Origin: Bacteroidales bacterium
GTDB taxonomy: Bacteria; Bacteroidota; Bacteroidia; Bacteroidales; UBA7960
Reading direction: 5' to 3'
Length of the DNA: 63,971 bases
Assembly: GCA_003567625.1 (NCBI GenBank)
Contig: PWZB01000136.1
Coordinates: 1-63,971, forward strand
A model generated the notes under the pieces. The model was not told the DNA's origin and did not search any database. It saw only the letters and a program-made list of their open reading frames with translations. Position 1 is the first letter of the stretch, and the number at the start of each line of letters is the position of its first letter. The position numbers were made by a program, and so were the translations under genes. This document shows positions 36,103 to 43,875 of the stretch, in pieces.

Positions 36103-37110
36103 ATGAATATGAATCTGTTAAAACTTGTTTTTATCTCAACTATTGTCATTTTAGCCTCATGTAAACGTGATGGACATCCTGAACGTTTGATGCAAATCAG
36201 GGGAGAGATTTTCGGCACTTACTATGCCGTATCTTATTATTGCACCGACGGCCATGTTTATGAAAAAGAAATAGACAGCCTTCTCAATGATTTTAACCAA
36301 TCAATGTCTTATTATGTTGAAAATTCCTTGATCTCAAAGATCAACCGAAATGACACCAGCATAATGGATGGTTATTTCAGCGTCGTTCTTCAAAGGTCTT
36401 TGGAAATATATGAAAAAACAGACGGTGCATTTGATGTTACGGTAGCGCCACTCGTTAATGCCTGGGGATTCGGCTTCGCAAGCAAAAAAGATATGACACA
36501 ACAAAAGGTGGACAGCCTGCTTCAATTTACAGGTTTAAATATGGTGTTTATTGACGGCAACAGTGTTATGAAACATGACCAACGGGTACAATTCGACTTT
36601 AATGCCATAGCTAAAGGCTATGCTTCCGATTTGGTCGCAGGGTTGCTGGAATCGAAAGGAATAAAATCCTACCTGGTTGATATCGGCGGCGATCTTATAG
36701 TAGGTGATGTTAAACCGGATGGCTCAAAATGGAGGATAGCCCTTGAACGCCCTGCTGAAAAATATGATGACCCGCAGGAATATGACCATATTGTTGAAGT
36801 CATAAACCGTGCAGCTGCAACATCTGGCAGCTACCGCAGATACTACGAAAAAAACGGACAAAGATACTCGCACACCATAGACCCGAAATCAGGATACCCG
36901 GTTCAAAATAACCTTCTCAGCGTTACAGTCTTTGCAAATGACTGTATGACAGCTGACGCCTATGCAACAGCTTTTATGGTTATGGGGAAGGAAAAAGCAA
37001 GGGGTTTTGCCGAAAAAAGAGACGACCTGGAGGCGTTTTTTATCTTCTCAAAAAATATGGATGAGTTTGGTGTTTATGCCACTATAGGACTTGAGGTGGA
37101 AGAAAAGTAA
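36103..37110 (+). CDS. apbE: FAD:protein FMN transferase (ApbE), lipoprotein
   Basis: The lipobox is VILASC. Motifs: GAFDVTVAPLVNAWGFG, FNAIAKGYASD, YLVDIGGDL, ATSGSYRRY, SHTIDPKSGYP, ADAYATAF. Confidence 0.88.
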   Translation: MNMNLLKLVFISTIVILASCKRDGHPERLMQIRGEIFGTYYAVSYYCTDGHVYEKEIDSLLNDFNQSMSYYVENSLISKINRNDTSIMDGYFSVVLQRSLEIYEKTDGAFDVTVAPLVNAWGFGFASKKDMTQQKVDSLLQFTGLNMVFIDGNSVMKHDQRVQFDFNAIAKGYASDLVAGLLESKGIKSYLVDIGGDLIVGDVKPDGSKWRIALERPAEKYDDPQEYDHIVEVINRAAATSGSYRRYYEKNGQRYSHTIDPKSGYPVQNNLLSVTVFANDCMTADAYATAFMVMGKEKARGFAEKRDDLEAFFIFSKNMDEFGVYATIGLEVEEK

Positions 37111-37185
37111 GATAACTTAATCTGTATTGTTGTATAAATCCTAACAATAATTTTGGAAATAACAAATAACAAATAAATTCCAAAT

Positions 37186-37250
37186 CTCAATTACAAAAAT
37201 TCCAAAACCGGATTGTTCAGGACATTGGGTTTTAGAAAATTGTAATTAAC
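37186..37250. repeat. AT-rich imperfect palindrome between the convergent apbE and the small Cys-rich ORF
   Basis: tcaattacaaaaattccaaaacc ... gggttttagaaaattgtaattaa. It is flanked by the outer pairing ggaaataacaaataacaaataa / ttatttgtttcc. It may act as a bidirectional terminator or a REP-like element. Confidence 0.3.
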
Positions 37251-37284
37251 CTTGTTATATGTTTTTTATTTGTTTCCGATACAT

Positions 37285-37497
37285 TTAATCCTGTTCTTTC
37301 TCCTCAACATTTTCAACATTATCACACTCTTCGGGTGCATTTTTCCGGCAGGTGCATTTTGCAGCCTTGCCCGTAACAGGATCGAAAGAATTATGGCATG
37401 TACGGGTAAACTCGCCGCCACGCTTGACAAACATCTTTATGGCTATGCCTGCTATAGCTATTGCTATTAATATGATCGCGAGCAAGAAGATTTCCAT
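37285..37497 (-). CDS. Small single-TM Cys-rich protein, possibly an NqrM-like Na+-NQR maturation factor
   Basis: Sequence: MEIFLLAIILIAIAIAGIAIKMFVKRGGEFTRTCHNSFDPVTGKAAKCTCRKNAPEECDN.... It has one TM helix and a C...CxC...C cluster. Its size, topology and Cys pattern recall NqrM (DUF539), and it sits next to apbE. The start is taken at the internal ATG at 37497. Confidence 0.35.
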   Translation of the reverse strand: MEIFLLAIILIAIAIAGIAIKMFVKRGGEFTRTCHNSFDPVTGKAAKCTCRKNAPEECDNVENVEEKEQD

Positions 37498-37724
37498 GAT
37501 TGATATAAACTTTTTAAAGAACGGCAAATATAATAAGTTAAAAAATAAAATAAAACACTGTATTTCAAAAATCAAAGGTGGAGCTATCTTACAGTGAGAT
37601 GTTTTCCAAGCCCTGGAAAACAGGAAAAAAATCTTATTAGCTTAGTAATTTTTTTACTTCATCATTCGTTAATCGTTAATCAATATTCGTTGCCATCTAT
37701 ACCCACTTAAACCTCTGAGGTATA

Positions 37725-38206
37725 GTCATTTCGAACGAAACGCCAGTGGAGTGAGAAATCCCGATATAGAACCGGAAGGCGTTTTAAAAATTTAAACCTT
37801 TTTTTGTGATTGAATAAATTGTCATTTTACATCGGACACATAAATTTAGATCTGAAAATTTTTTAAAGGGAATATGCCGTCTTACAGGCTGAAAGCCTGC
37901 CAGAACAAAGCCCGGGGCAAAGCCCTGTGGTATAAAGCCCCCACATAACCCATCAGCCTGAAGGGCTGAAAGAAAATTAGTCTTCTCCACGAGACCCTTC
38001 ACTCCGCTATCGCTCCGTTCAGGGTGACAGTGCCATTGGTTATATAGTGGGGAGGGAGCAGCGGCGGCTCAGCCGCCGCTGCTCCCTCCCCCTCTCTATA
38101 AAAACCGCCTGTCATCCTGAGCGAAGCGCCAGCGTAGCGAAGGAACTCGTTGAAGGACAGTCAAAGCCTGACCGAAGCGCCAGCGTAGCGAAGGAACTCG
38201 TTGAAG
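37725..38206. repeat. Cluster of REP-like elements of the GTCAYYYTGA..CGAAGCG..AGCGAAGGAAYTC family (4 copies), plus GC-rich mini-hairpins
   Basis: Copies lie at 37725..37762 (+), 37992..38029 (-) and 38111..38206 (+, two tandem). The tandem pair has an identical 34-nt core cgaagcgccagcgtagcgaaggaactcgttgaag at 38122..38155 and 38173..38206. Mini-hairpins are CAGGCT-gaa-AGCCTG (37885..37899) and CAGCC-tgaag-GGCTG (37954..37968). Confidence 0.8.
38049..38091. repeat. Perfect 43-nt GC-rich palindrome (21-nt arms around a single central C)
   Basis: ggggagggagcagcggcggct c agccgccgctgctccctcccc. The arms are exact reverse complements. Confidence 0.95.
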
Positions 38207-38390
38207 AAAAATTGCAATGAAATTCAAATTACCACTATATTTAAAACAGCAAAAATACCATGCCCGTTCCCTGAAAAAGTAAAAATATCAATCTCTCTCA
38301 AAACACTAAATAACTAAAACCTTACGTTAAGCAAAAGAGCAACTGTATAATGGTGACGGGTTTACCCCGTTGGATTTATTTTTATCCAGG

Positions 38391-38518
38391 GGTGACGGGT
38401 GACGGGTGACGGGTGACGGGTAACGGGTAATCAGTAATCGGTATATTGTATTCTTCGTAATTCGTAAATTCGTAACAGATTCGTTATTCGATACAATAAT
38501 TCTTCGTAATTCGACAAT
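38391..38518. repeat. Composite short-tandem-repeat element: GGTGACG heptamers x4, decaying into GGTAACG / GGTAATC / AGTAATC, then TTCGTAA-type AT-rich units
   Basis: ggtgacg ggtgacg ggtgacg ggtgacg ggtaacg ggtaatc agtaatc (38391..38439), then ttcttcgtaattcgtaaattcgtaacagattcgttattcgatacaataattcttcgtaattcgacaat. It ends 28 nt before the ATG at 38547. Confidence 0.9.
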
Positions 38519-38546
38519 ATCAGAACTTTAAATACATTTTATACGT

Positions 38547-39275
38547 ATGAAAAAAGATGACACTATCCGCCTGAATAAGTACATTGCCAACGCCGGAGTA
38601 TGCAGCCGCCGTCAGGCAGACATTCTTATCAGCACGGGTGCCATCAAGGTCAATGGTAAAGTTGTTACCGAACTGGGAACAAAAATAAAACCCGGTGATG
38701 TGGTTCACTACGACGGTGAACTGCTGAAGCCGGAAAAAAATGTTTATATCTTGCTAAATAAACCTAAAGATTACATCACTACTACCGATGACCCGCGGGC
38801 AAGAAAAACTGTTATGCAACTGGTAAAAAACGCTTCCAGTGAGAGGGTCTATCCCGTTGGCAGGCTTGACAGGAATACAACAGGCTTGCTGTTGCTGACC
38901 AATGACGGCGAGATGGCCAAAAAACTAATGCATCCAAAACATGGAAACAAAAAGATCTACCACGTAGTTTTGGATAAAGGTGTTACAAAAGATGATATGA
39001 ATAAAATAGTAAAAGGTGTTAAACTGGAAAATACGACCGTGGCAGCTGACAACATAGCTTATGCCGGCAATGGCCAAACTAAAAAGGAGGTAGGTATCGA
39101 AATACACTCAGGACAAAACCGCGTTGTGAGAAGGATATTCGAAAAACTGGGATATAAGGTCATAAAGCTTGACAGGGAAATGTTTGCAGGATTGACAAAA
39201 AAAAACCTGCCCAGGGGCAAATACCGGTTACTCACTAAAAACGAAATAAATTTTTTAAAAATGAGCTCGGGGTGA
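38547..39275 (+). CDS. Pseudouridine synthase, RsuA/RluB family (S4 domain + catalytic domain)
   Basis: The S4 domain is IRLNKYIANAGVCSRRQADILISTGAIKVNGKVV. The catalytic motif is VYPVGRLDRNTTGLLLLTNDGEMAKKL. Confidence 0.88.
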   Translation: MKKDDTIRLNKYIANAGVCSRRQADILISTGAIKVNGKVVTELGTKIKPGDVVHYDGELLKPEKNVYILLNKPKDYITTTDDPRARKTVMQLVKNASSERVYPVGRLDRNTTGLLLLTNDGEMAKKLMHPKHGNKKIYHVVLDKGVTKDDMNKIVKGVKLENTTVAADNIAYAGNGQTKKEVGIEIHSGQNRVVRRIFEKLGYKVIKLDREMFAGLTKKNLPRGKYRLLTKNEINFLKMSSG

Positions 39276-39377
39276 TAATTTTGCAGCTTACTTTTATAAT
39301 AAATTTTAAAGGATTGTGTTTATCACTAATAAACTTCAGGCCCAAAACCCGTTGCCCTTTTTACAAAGGAATAACAA

Positions 39378-41990
39378 ATGAACAATAAATTCAGCCGTAA
39401 TATAAAGTTGATACTTCAATTTATCAGGATTGCATTGATATCAGGCATCATATTTATAGTGTTGCTTTTGATAGCCGGAGCTGTGCTGACATATATATAC
39501 CGTGACGAAGCAAAGGATTTGATAATACAATCGCTTAACCGAAACCTGAAAACCGAGATACATGTGGGCAACATACAGTTTGACCTGTTCAGACGTTTAC
39601 CCAACGCATCACTTACCTTTGAGGATGTAACAGTATTCGAAGTATCACCCCGTGAAAACAAAGACACACTTATCAAAGCTCATCGTGTATATTTTCAGTT
39701 CAGTATCATTGACCTTATTCGCAGGAACTACAAAATAAAAAGGTTGGATATTTCAGGGGGAAAGTTTATGCCCGTAGATTATGATGATGGTACCAATAAC
39801 TATATATTTTGGCATGTCAGTGAAGAAAAGCCCGTAAATGATCTTGAATTTGATCTGCAACGCATAGACCTGAAAGATTTTAAGATAGATTATAAAAACC
39901 ACAGACAAAAAAGCAGGTACCATGTTTATATGGCAGACAGCCGTATGTCGGGAAAGTTCAGCCGCGCCGACTATAACCTGAACATCGGCAGCAGAATGAA
40001 AATCAATGAGCTTGTTATTGACGGATCATCCTTTTTATCAAACAGGGACGTTGACCTTGATTTAAGAATTTCAGTTAAAGATAATATCATTTACGAATTC
40101 GAAAAAGGATTGGTGAAACTGAGCGGTAATTCTTTTGAAATAGCAGGATATGTAAAAAATGAAAAACCCGGCAGCTACCTTGATTTGACGATAAATGGTA
40201 AAGACATCAGTTTGCAAAACCTTATAAATGACCTTCCTGAAACATGGAAAAAACATTTTGAAGGATACCGCAGTCGCGGCAATTTATACTTTAATGCCGC
40301 GGTTAAAGGGAGATCATCAAATGTTGAAAATCCTTATATTTCAGCAGATTTTGGACTTGAAAACGGGAGCCTTAATGACCGTAAACTTGACCTGCATCTT
40401 GATAAAATTAGCTTTGAAGCACAATTCAACAATGGCTCACGCAGAACACTTGCTTCCTCTTCACTGATTGTCGAAGATTTTAATGTTCTTATCAATAAGG
40501 GCAAAATCAACAGCGATTTCATAATTTCCGATTTTATGGATCCTTTGCTGGTAATAAATGCCAATGCTGATATTGAAGTGCGGGACTTCATTAATCTTTT
40601 CAAGCTAAAGAATTTTGAATCGGCATCCGGTCAGATGTTGTTTGATATTGGTTTTGAAAGCAGGTTGAACAAATTAGGTGCAAAGAACGGCAATAGCAGG
40701 GGTGAGTTTTTTGCATCTGCCACCTCGGGAAGCCTTCAAATAGAAGATGTGCATTTTGTTTTAAAAGATGACAGGAATGAATACAGCAATCTTAACGGTT
40801 TTTTCCATTTCAATGATAACGATTTGATGATTAAATACTTTCAGGGCATGATAGCCGACAATGACTTTGCTATGAAAGGATATTTCAGAAACATTTTGCC
40901 TTACCTCTTCCATGAAGACCAGCGTATGATTGTTGATGCAAGTTTTGTATCAGATAAATTCAACCTTGACCAATTGCTCAGGGAGAGAGATTCGGATGCT
41001 GATACAACATATAATCTGACATTTTCTGACAGGGTGGATTTTCACCTGCTGGCTGATATCGGTCATTTTAGTTTCAGGAAATTTGATGCTACTGACATGA
41101 GAGGGATATTGCAAATGAGAAACAAAAAGTTTATGGCTACCGATATATCTTTTAATTCTATGAATGGAAAATTTGAAGGAAGTGTGTTTATTGACGGCAC
41201 AAATGATGATATCTTGCAGATGGGTTGTGATGCCTGGCTTTATAATGTTGATGCTCAGCAAATGTTTTACCAGTTTGGTAATTTCGGGCAAACAGGTATT
41301 AAGGACGAGAATATAAGAGGAAATATCACCGCAGATCTTCAATTTACATCAAGCTGGTCACCAAACCTTGAAATAGATTGGCAAACTCTTGAAACCACAG
41401 CCGATATCAGGATAGAAGATGGTGAACTTGTTGACTATAAACCTTTGCTGGCTTTGTCAAGGTTTTTGAGAGTGGAAGACCTTGAACATGTGATATTTTC
41501 AACATTGCATAATAAGATCCGCATTAAAGACCGCAAGATTATAATTCCCGATATGGAAATCAATTCCAGTGCTGTCAATATCAAGTTGTCGGGAGAACAT
41601 ACTTTTAAAAATGAAATAGATTATCGTTTGCAAATATTACTTTCTGAATTGCTGGCACAAAAGAGACGTCAACGCAGGAACCCGCAGGAGCAATATGGAG
41701 ATATCATTGATGACGGCCTGGGGCGTACGACACTGTTTTTGCACTTAACCGGAACTATTGATGACCCGGTATTCAGGTATGACTACCAGGGTGTAAGAGA
41801 AAAAATAAGAGATGATCTTCAACAGGAAAGGCAAGAATTGCGCCGTATATTAAAAGATGAATTTAGTTGGATCATACCCGGTGAACAAAAATATGAAGAA
41901 GACACGGTAATGATTAAAAGAAGAAAAGAGATGGAACGTATTAAAAAACAAGAAGAAGGGGAGTTCGTAATTGAATTTGATGATTTTTAA
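39378..41990 (+). CDS. AsmA-family outer-membrane biogenesis protein
   Basis: 870 aa with an N-terminal TM anchor (LISGIIFIVLLLIAGAVLTYIY) and a long beta-rich body. The C-terminal region (KIIIPDMEINSSAVNIKLSGEHTFKNEIDYRL) is typical of AsmA-like C-termini. Confidence 0.65.
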   Translation: MNNKFSRNIKLILQFIRIALISGIIFIVLLLIAGAVLTYIYRDEAKDLIIQSLNRNLKTEIHVGNIQFDLFRRLPNASLTFEDVTVFEVSPRENKDTLIKAHRVYFQFSIIDLIRRNYKIKRLDISGGKFMPVDYDDGTNNYIFWHVSEEKPVNDLEFDLQRIDLKDFKIDYKNHRQKSRYHVYMADSRMSGKFSRADYNLNIGSRMKINELVIDGSSFLSNRDVDLDLRISVKDNIIYEFEKGLVKLSGNSFEIAGYVKNEKPGSYLDLTINGKDISLQNLINDLPETWKKHFEGYRSRGNLYFNAAVKGRSSNVENPYISADFGLENGSLNDRKLDLHLDKISFEAQFNNGSRRTLASSSLIVEDFNVLINKGKINSDFIISDFMDPLLVINANADIEVRDFINLFKLKNFESASGQMLFDIGFESRLNKLGAKNGNSRGEFFASATSGSLQIEDVHFVLKDDRNEYSNLNGFFHFNDNDLMIKYFQGMIADNDFAMKGYFRNILPYLFHEDQRMIVDASFVSDKFNLDQLLRERDSDADTTYNLTFSDRVDFHLLADIGHFSFRKFDATDMRGILQMRNKKFMATDISFNSMNGKFEGSVFIDGTNDDILQMGCDAWLYNVDAQQMFYQFGNFGQTGIKDENIRGNITADLQFTSSWSPNLEIDWQTLETTADIRIEDGELVDYKPLLALSRFLRVEDLEHVIFSTLHNKIRIKDRKIIIPDMEINSSAVNIKLSGEHTFKNEIDYRLQILLSELLAQKRRQRRNPQEQYGDIIDDGLGRTTLFLHLTGTIDDPVFRYDYQGVREKIRDDLQQERQELRRILKDEFSWIIPGEQKYEEDTVMIKRRKEMERIKKQEEGEFVIEFDDF

Positions 41991-42078
41991 TTGACCTTGT
42001 TTTTTATAAAACCCGGAGAATATCCGGAACCCTGAAGCTTTCAGGGGTTTAAAAAAACACAAAAAAAACTGATTAACA

Positions 42079-43590
42079 GTGGAAATATATCGTCGTAAAC
42101 AACGCTGGAAGCTGATCTTGCTTGGCATTGCCGCAGCAATAGTTATAGCTTCATTATGGTATACCGATATCATAGTAAAACAGATATCAATTGACGAAAG
42201 GCAGAAAGTATCGTTATGGGCTGATGCTATTCAGAAAAGAGCCACACTGGTAAAATATATGGAAAACTTTTTTGAAAAGATCAAGGACGAGGAGCGCAAA
42301 CGGGTAGAGATCTGGGCTGAAGCCACAAGAAGGATATTGGTAGCCAGAACGGAAGAAGAGCTTACCTTTTATGTCAACATCATTGAAAGTAACACTAATA
42401 TACCGGTATTACATGTGGATGATGAAGATGATATCATTACCGGAAGAAACCTTGAAAGCAGATTTGAAGACGCCGAAGTTTTTGAAGGTGAAATAAAAGA
42501 AGTTTTCAGCCAGTACCCACCCATTTCTATCAAATATAACGGTGTCACCGAATATCTTTACTACCGGGATTCAAGGCTCTTTACAGAGTTGCGTAGCGTA
42601 CTCGAGGATTTGATTGACTCCTTCATTGAAGAAATTGTGATAAGCTCGGCTAATGTGCCTGTCATAGTTACAGACAGCACAAAAACAAAAATCATTGCGC
42701 ATGGAAATGTTGATAAACTTCAACCAGATGATTCCTATTCCGTGAAACAGACAATTGCCTCAATGAGAGATAAAAACCCGCCTATTTCAATTGACCTGCC
42801 AACCCATGGCACTTGTCATGTGTTTTATACTAATTCCTTTCTGCTGACTCAACTTAAATATTACCCAATCGCACAATTTCTGGTGATAGGGATATTCTTG
42901 TTCGTATCATATGTGTTGTTTAGTATGGCTCGTGACGCCGAACAAAACCAGGTATGGGTCGGAATGTCAAAAGAAACCGCCCACCAACTCGGAACACCCC
43001 TGTCGTCATTGATGGCCTGGCTCGAAATGATCAAATTAAAAGGTACGGATGAAAATACAGTCAATGAAATGCAGAACGATATAAAACGTCTTGTAAACAT
43101 TACCGAACGTTTTTCTAAGATAGGCTCACCTCCGCTTCTGATAAAATCGGATTTAGTATCAATTGTTAATCAAGCAGTGGGGTATCTGAAAAAAAGATTG
43201 TCGAAAAATACCCGGTTTATAGTTAATGCTGTTCCTGAAAATAAAAATATTGAAGTCCCCGTAAATCCAAACCTCTTTGAATGGGTTATTGAAAATATTT
43301 GTAAAAATGCAGTCGATGCAATGGGTGGTAACGGTGCCATAACAATAGATATCTCAGAACAGAAAAAATATGTAATTGTTGATATTACCGACAGCGGAAA
43401 AGGAATACCAAAATCTAAGTTTAGCAACGTATTTAAACCCGGCTTTACAAGCAAAAAACACGGTTGGGGGCTTGGCTTGTCTCTTTCCAAAAGAATAATC
43501 GAAAACTATCATAAAGGACGTTTGTTTGTGAAAAGAAGCCAGGTAAATAAAGGAACAACTTTCAGAATAATGCTTAAGAAGGATGTATGA
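42079..43590 (+). CDS. Sensor histidine kinase (2 TM + periplasmic region + HisKA + HATPase_c)
   Basis: GTG start. H-box: SKETAHQLGTPLSSLMAWLE. N-box: ENICKNAVDAM. G-boxes: DITDSGKGIP and GWGLGLSLSKRI. Confidence 0.85.
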   Translation: MEIYRRKQRWKLILLGIAAAIVIASLWYTDIIVKQISIDERQKVSLWADAIQKRATLVKYMENFFEKIKDEERKRVEIWAEATRRILVARTEEELTFYVNIIESNTNIPVLHVDDEDDIITGRNLESRFEDAEVFEGEIKEVFSQYPPISIKYNGVTEYLYYRDSRLFTELRSVLEDLIDSFIEEIVISSANVPVIVTDSTKTKIIAHGNVDKLQPDDSYSVKQTIASMRDKNPPISIDLPTHGTCHVFYTNSFLLTQLKYYPIAQFLVIGIFLFVSYVLFSMARDAEQNQVWVGMSKETAHQLGTPLSSLMAWLEMIKLKGTDENTVNEMQNDIKRLVNITERFSKIGSPPLLIKSDLVSIVNQAVGYLKKRLSKNTRFIVNAVPENKNIEVPVNPNLFEWVIENICKNAVDAMGGNGAITIDISEQKKYVIVDITDSGKGIPKSKFSNVFKPGFTSKKHGWGLGLSLSKRIIENYHKGRLFVKRSQVNKGTTFRIMLKKDV

Positions 43591-43778
43591 TCATGCCGGT
43601 GCGGGAATTCAAATTTCCGGGTTACCAAAAATTTTCTTGAATTCCGAACTACTCGTGCTTTCATTTGTTTTATTATTAAAAAAGAATAATTGAACACAGA
43701 TTATTCTGATGCTTTGATTTTGCCCGGTGTATGTATACATTGATTTTTAATCCGTGATTATCGGCCAAATCCGTGTTA

Positions 43779-43840
43779 ACCCTGTGGAATAAGTTTTTAA
43801 TAATAACATCAGGAAAAATAAAGTTTTATTCCACAGGGTA
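43779..43840. promoter_or_regulatory. 14-bp perfect inverted repeat immediately upstream of copA (operator candidate or member of a dispersed hairpin family)
   Basis: ACCCTGTGGAATAA (43779..43792), 34 nt, then TTATTCCACAGGGT (43827..43840). It ends 5 nt before the GTG at 43846 and 35 nt before the ATG at 43876. Confidence 0.4.
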
Positions 43841-43875
43841 AATTCGTGTTTCATCCAGAAGATAAGATCTTGCAA

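Noticed and set aside
37784-38002. 72-aa minus-strand ORF
   Set aside because: It lies entirely within GC-rich REP-like repeat DNA (CAGGCTGAAAGCCTG-type hairpins). This looks like the typical repeat-derived false ORF.
37576-38546. tmRNA, RNase P RNA, SRP RNA or 6S RNA in the long spacer, and tRNA genes in all other spacers
   Set aside because: I saw none of the conserved signature segments I remember: GAGGAAAGUCCGGGC for RNase P, the tmRNA acceptor and tag region, the SRP GGAA tetraloop helix, and tRNA T-loop GTTCGAATC contexts with an acceptor stem. This was done by eye only, so small RNAs could have been missed.
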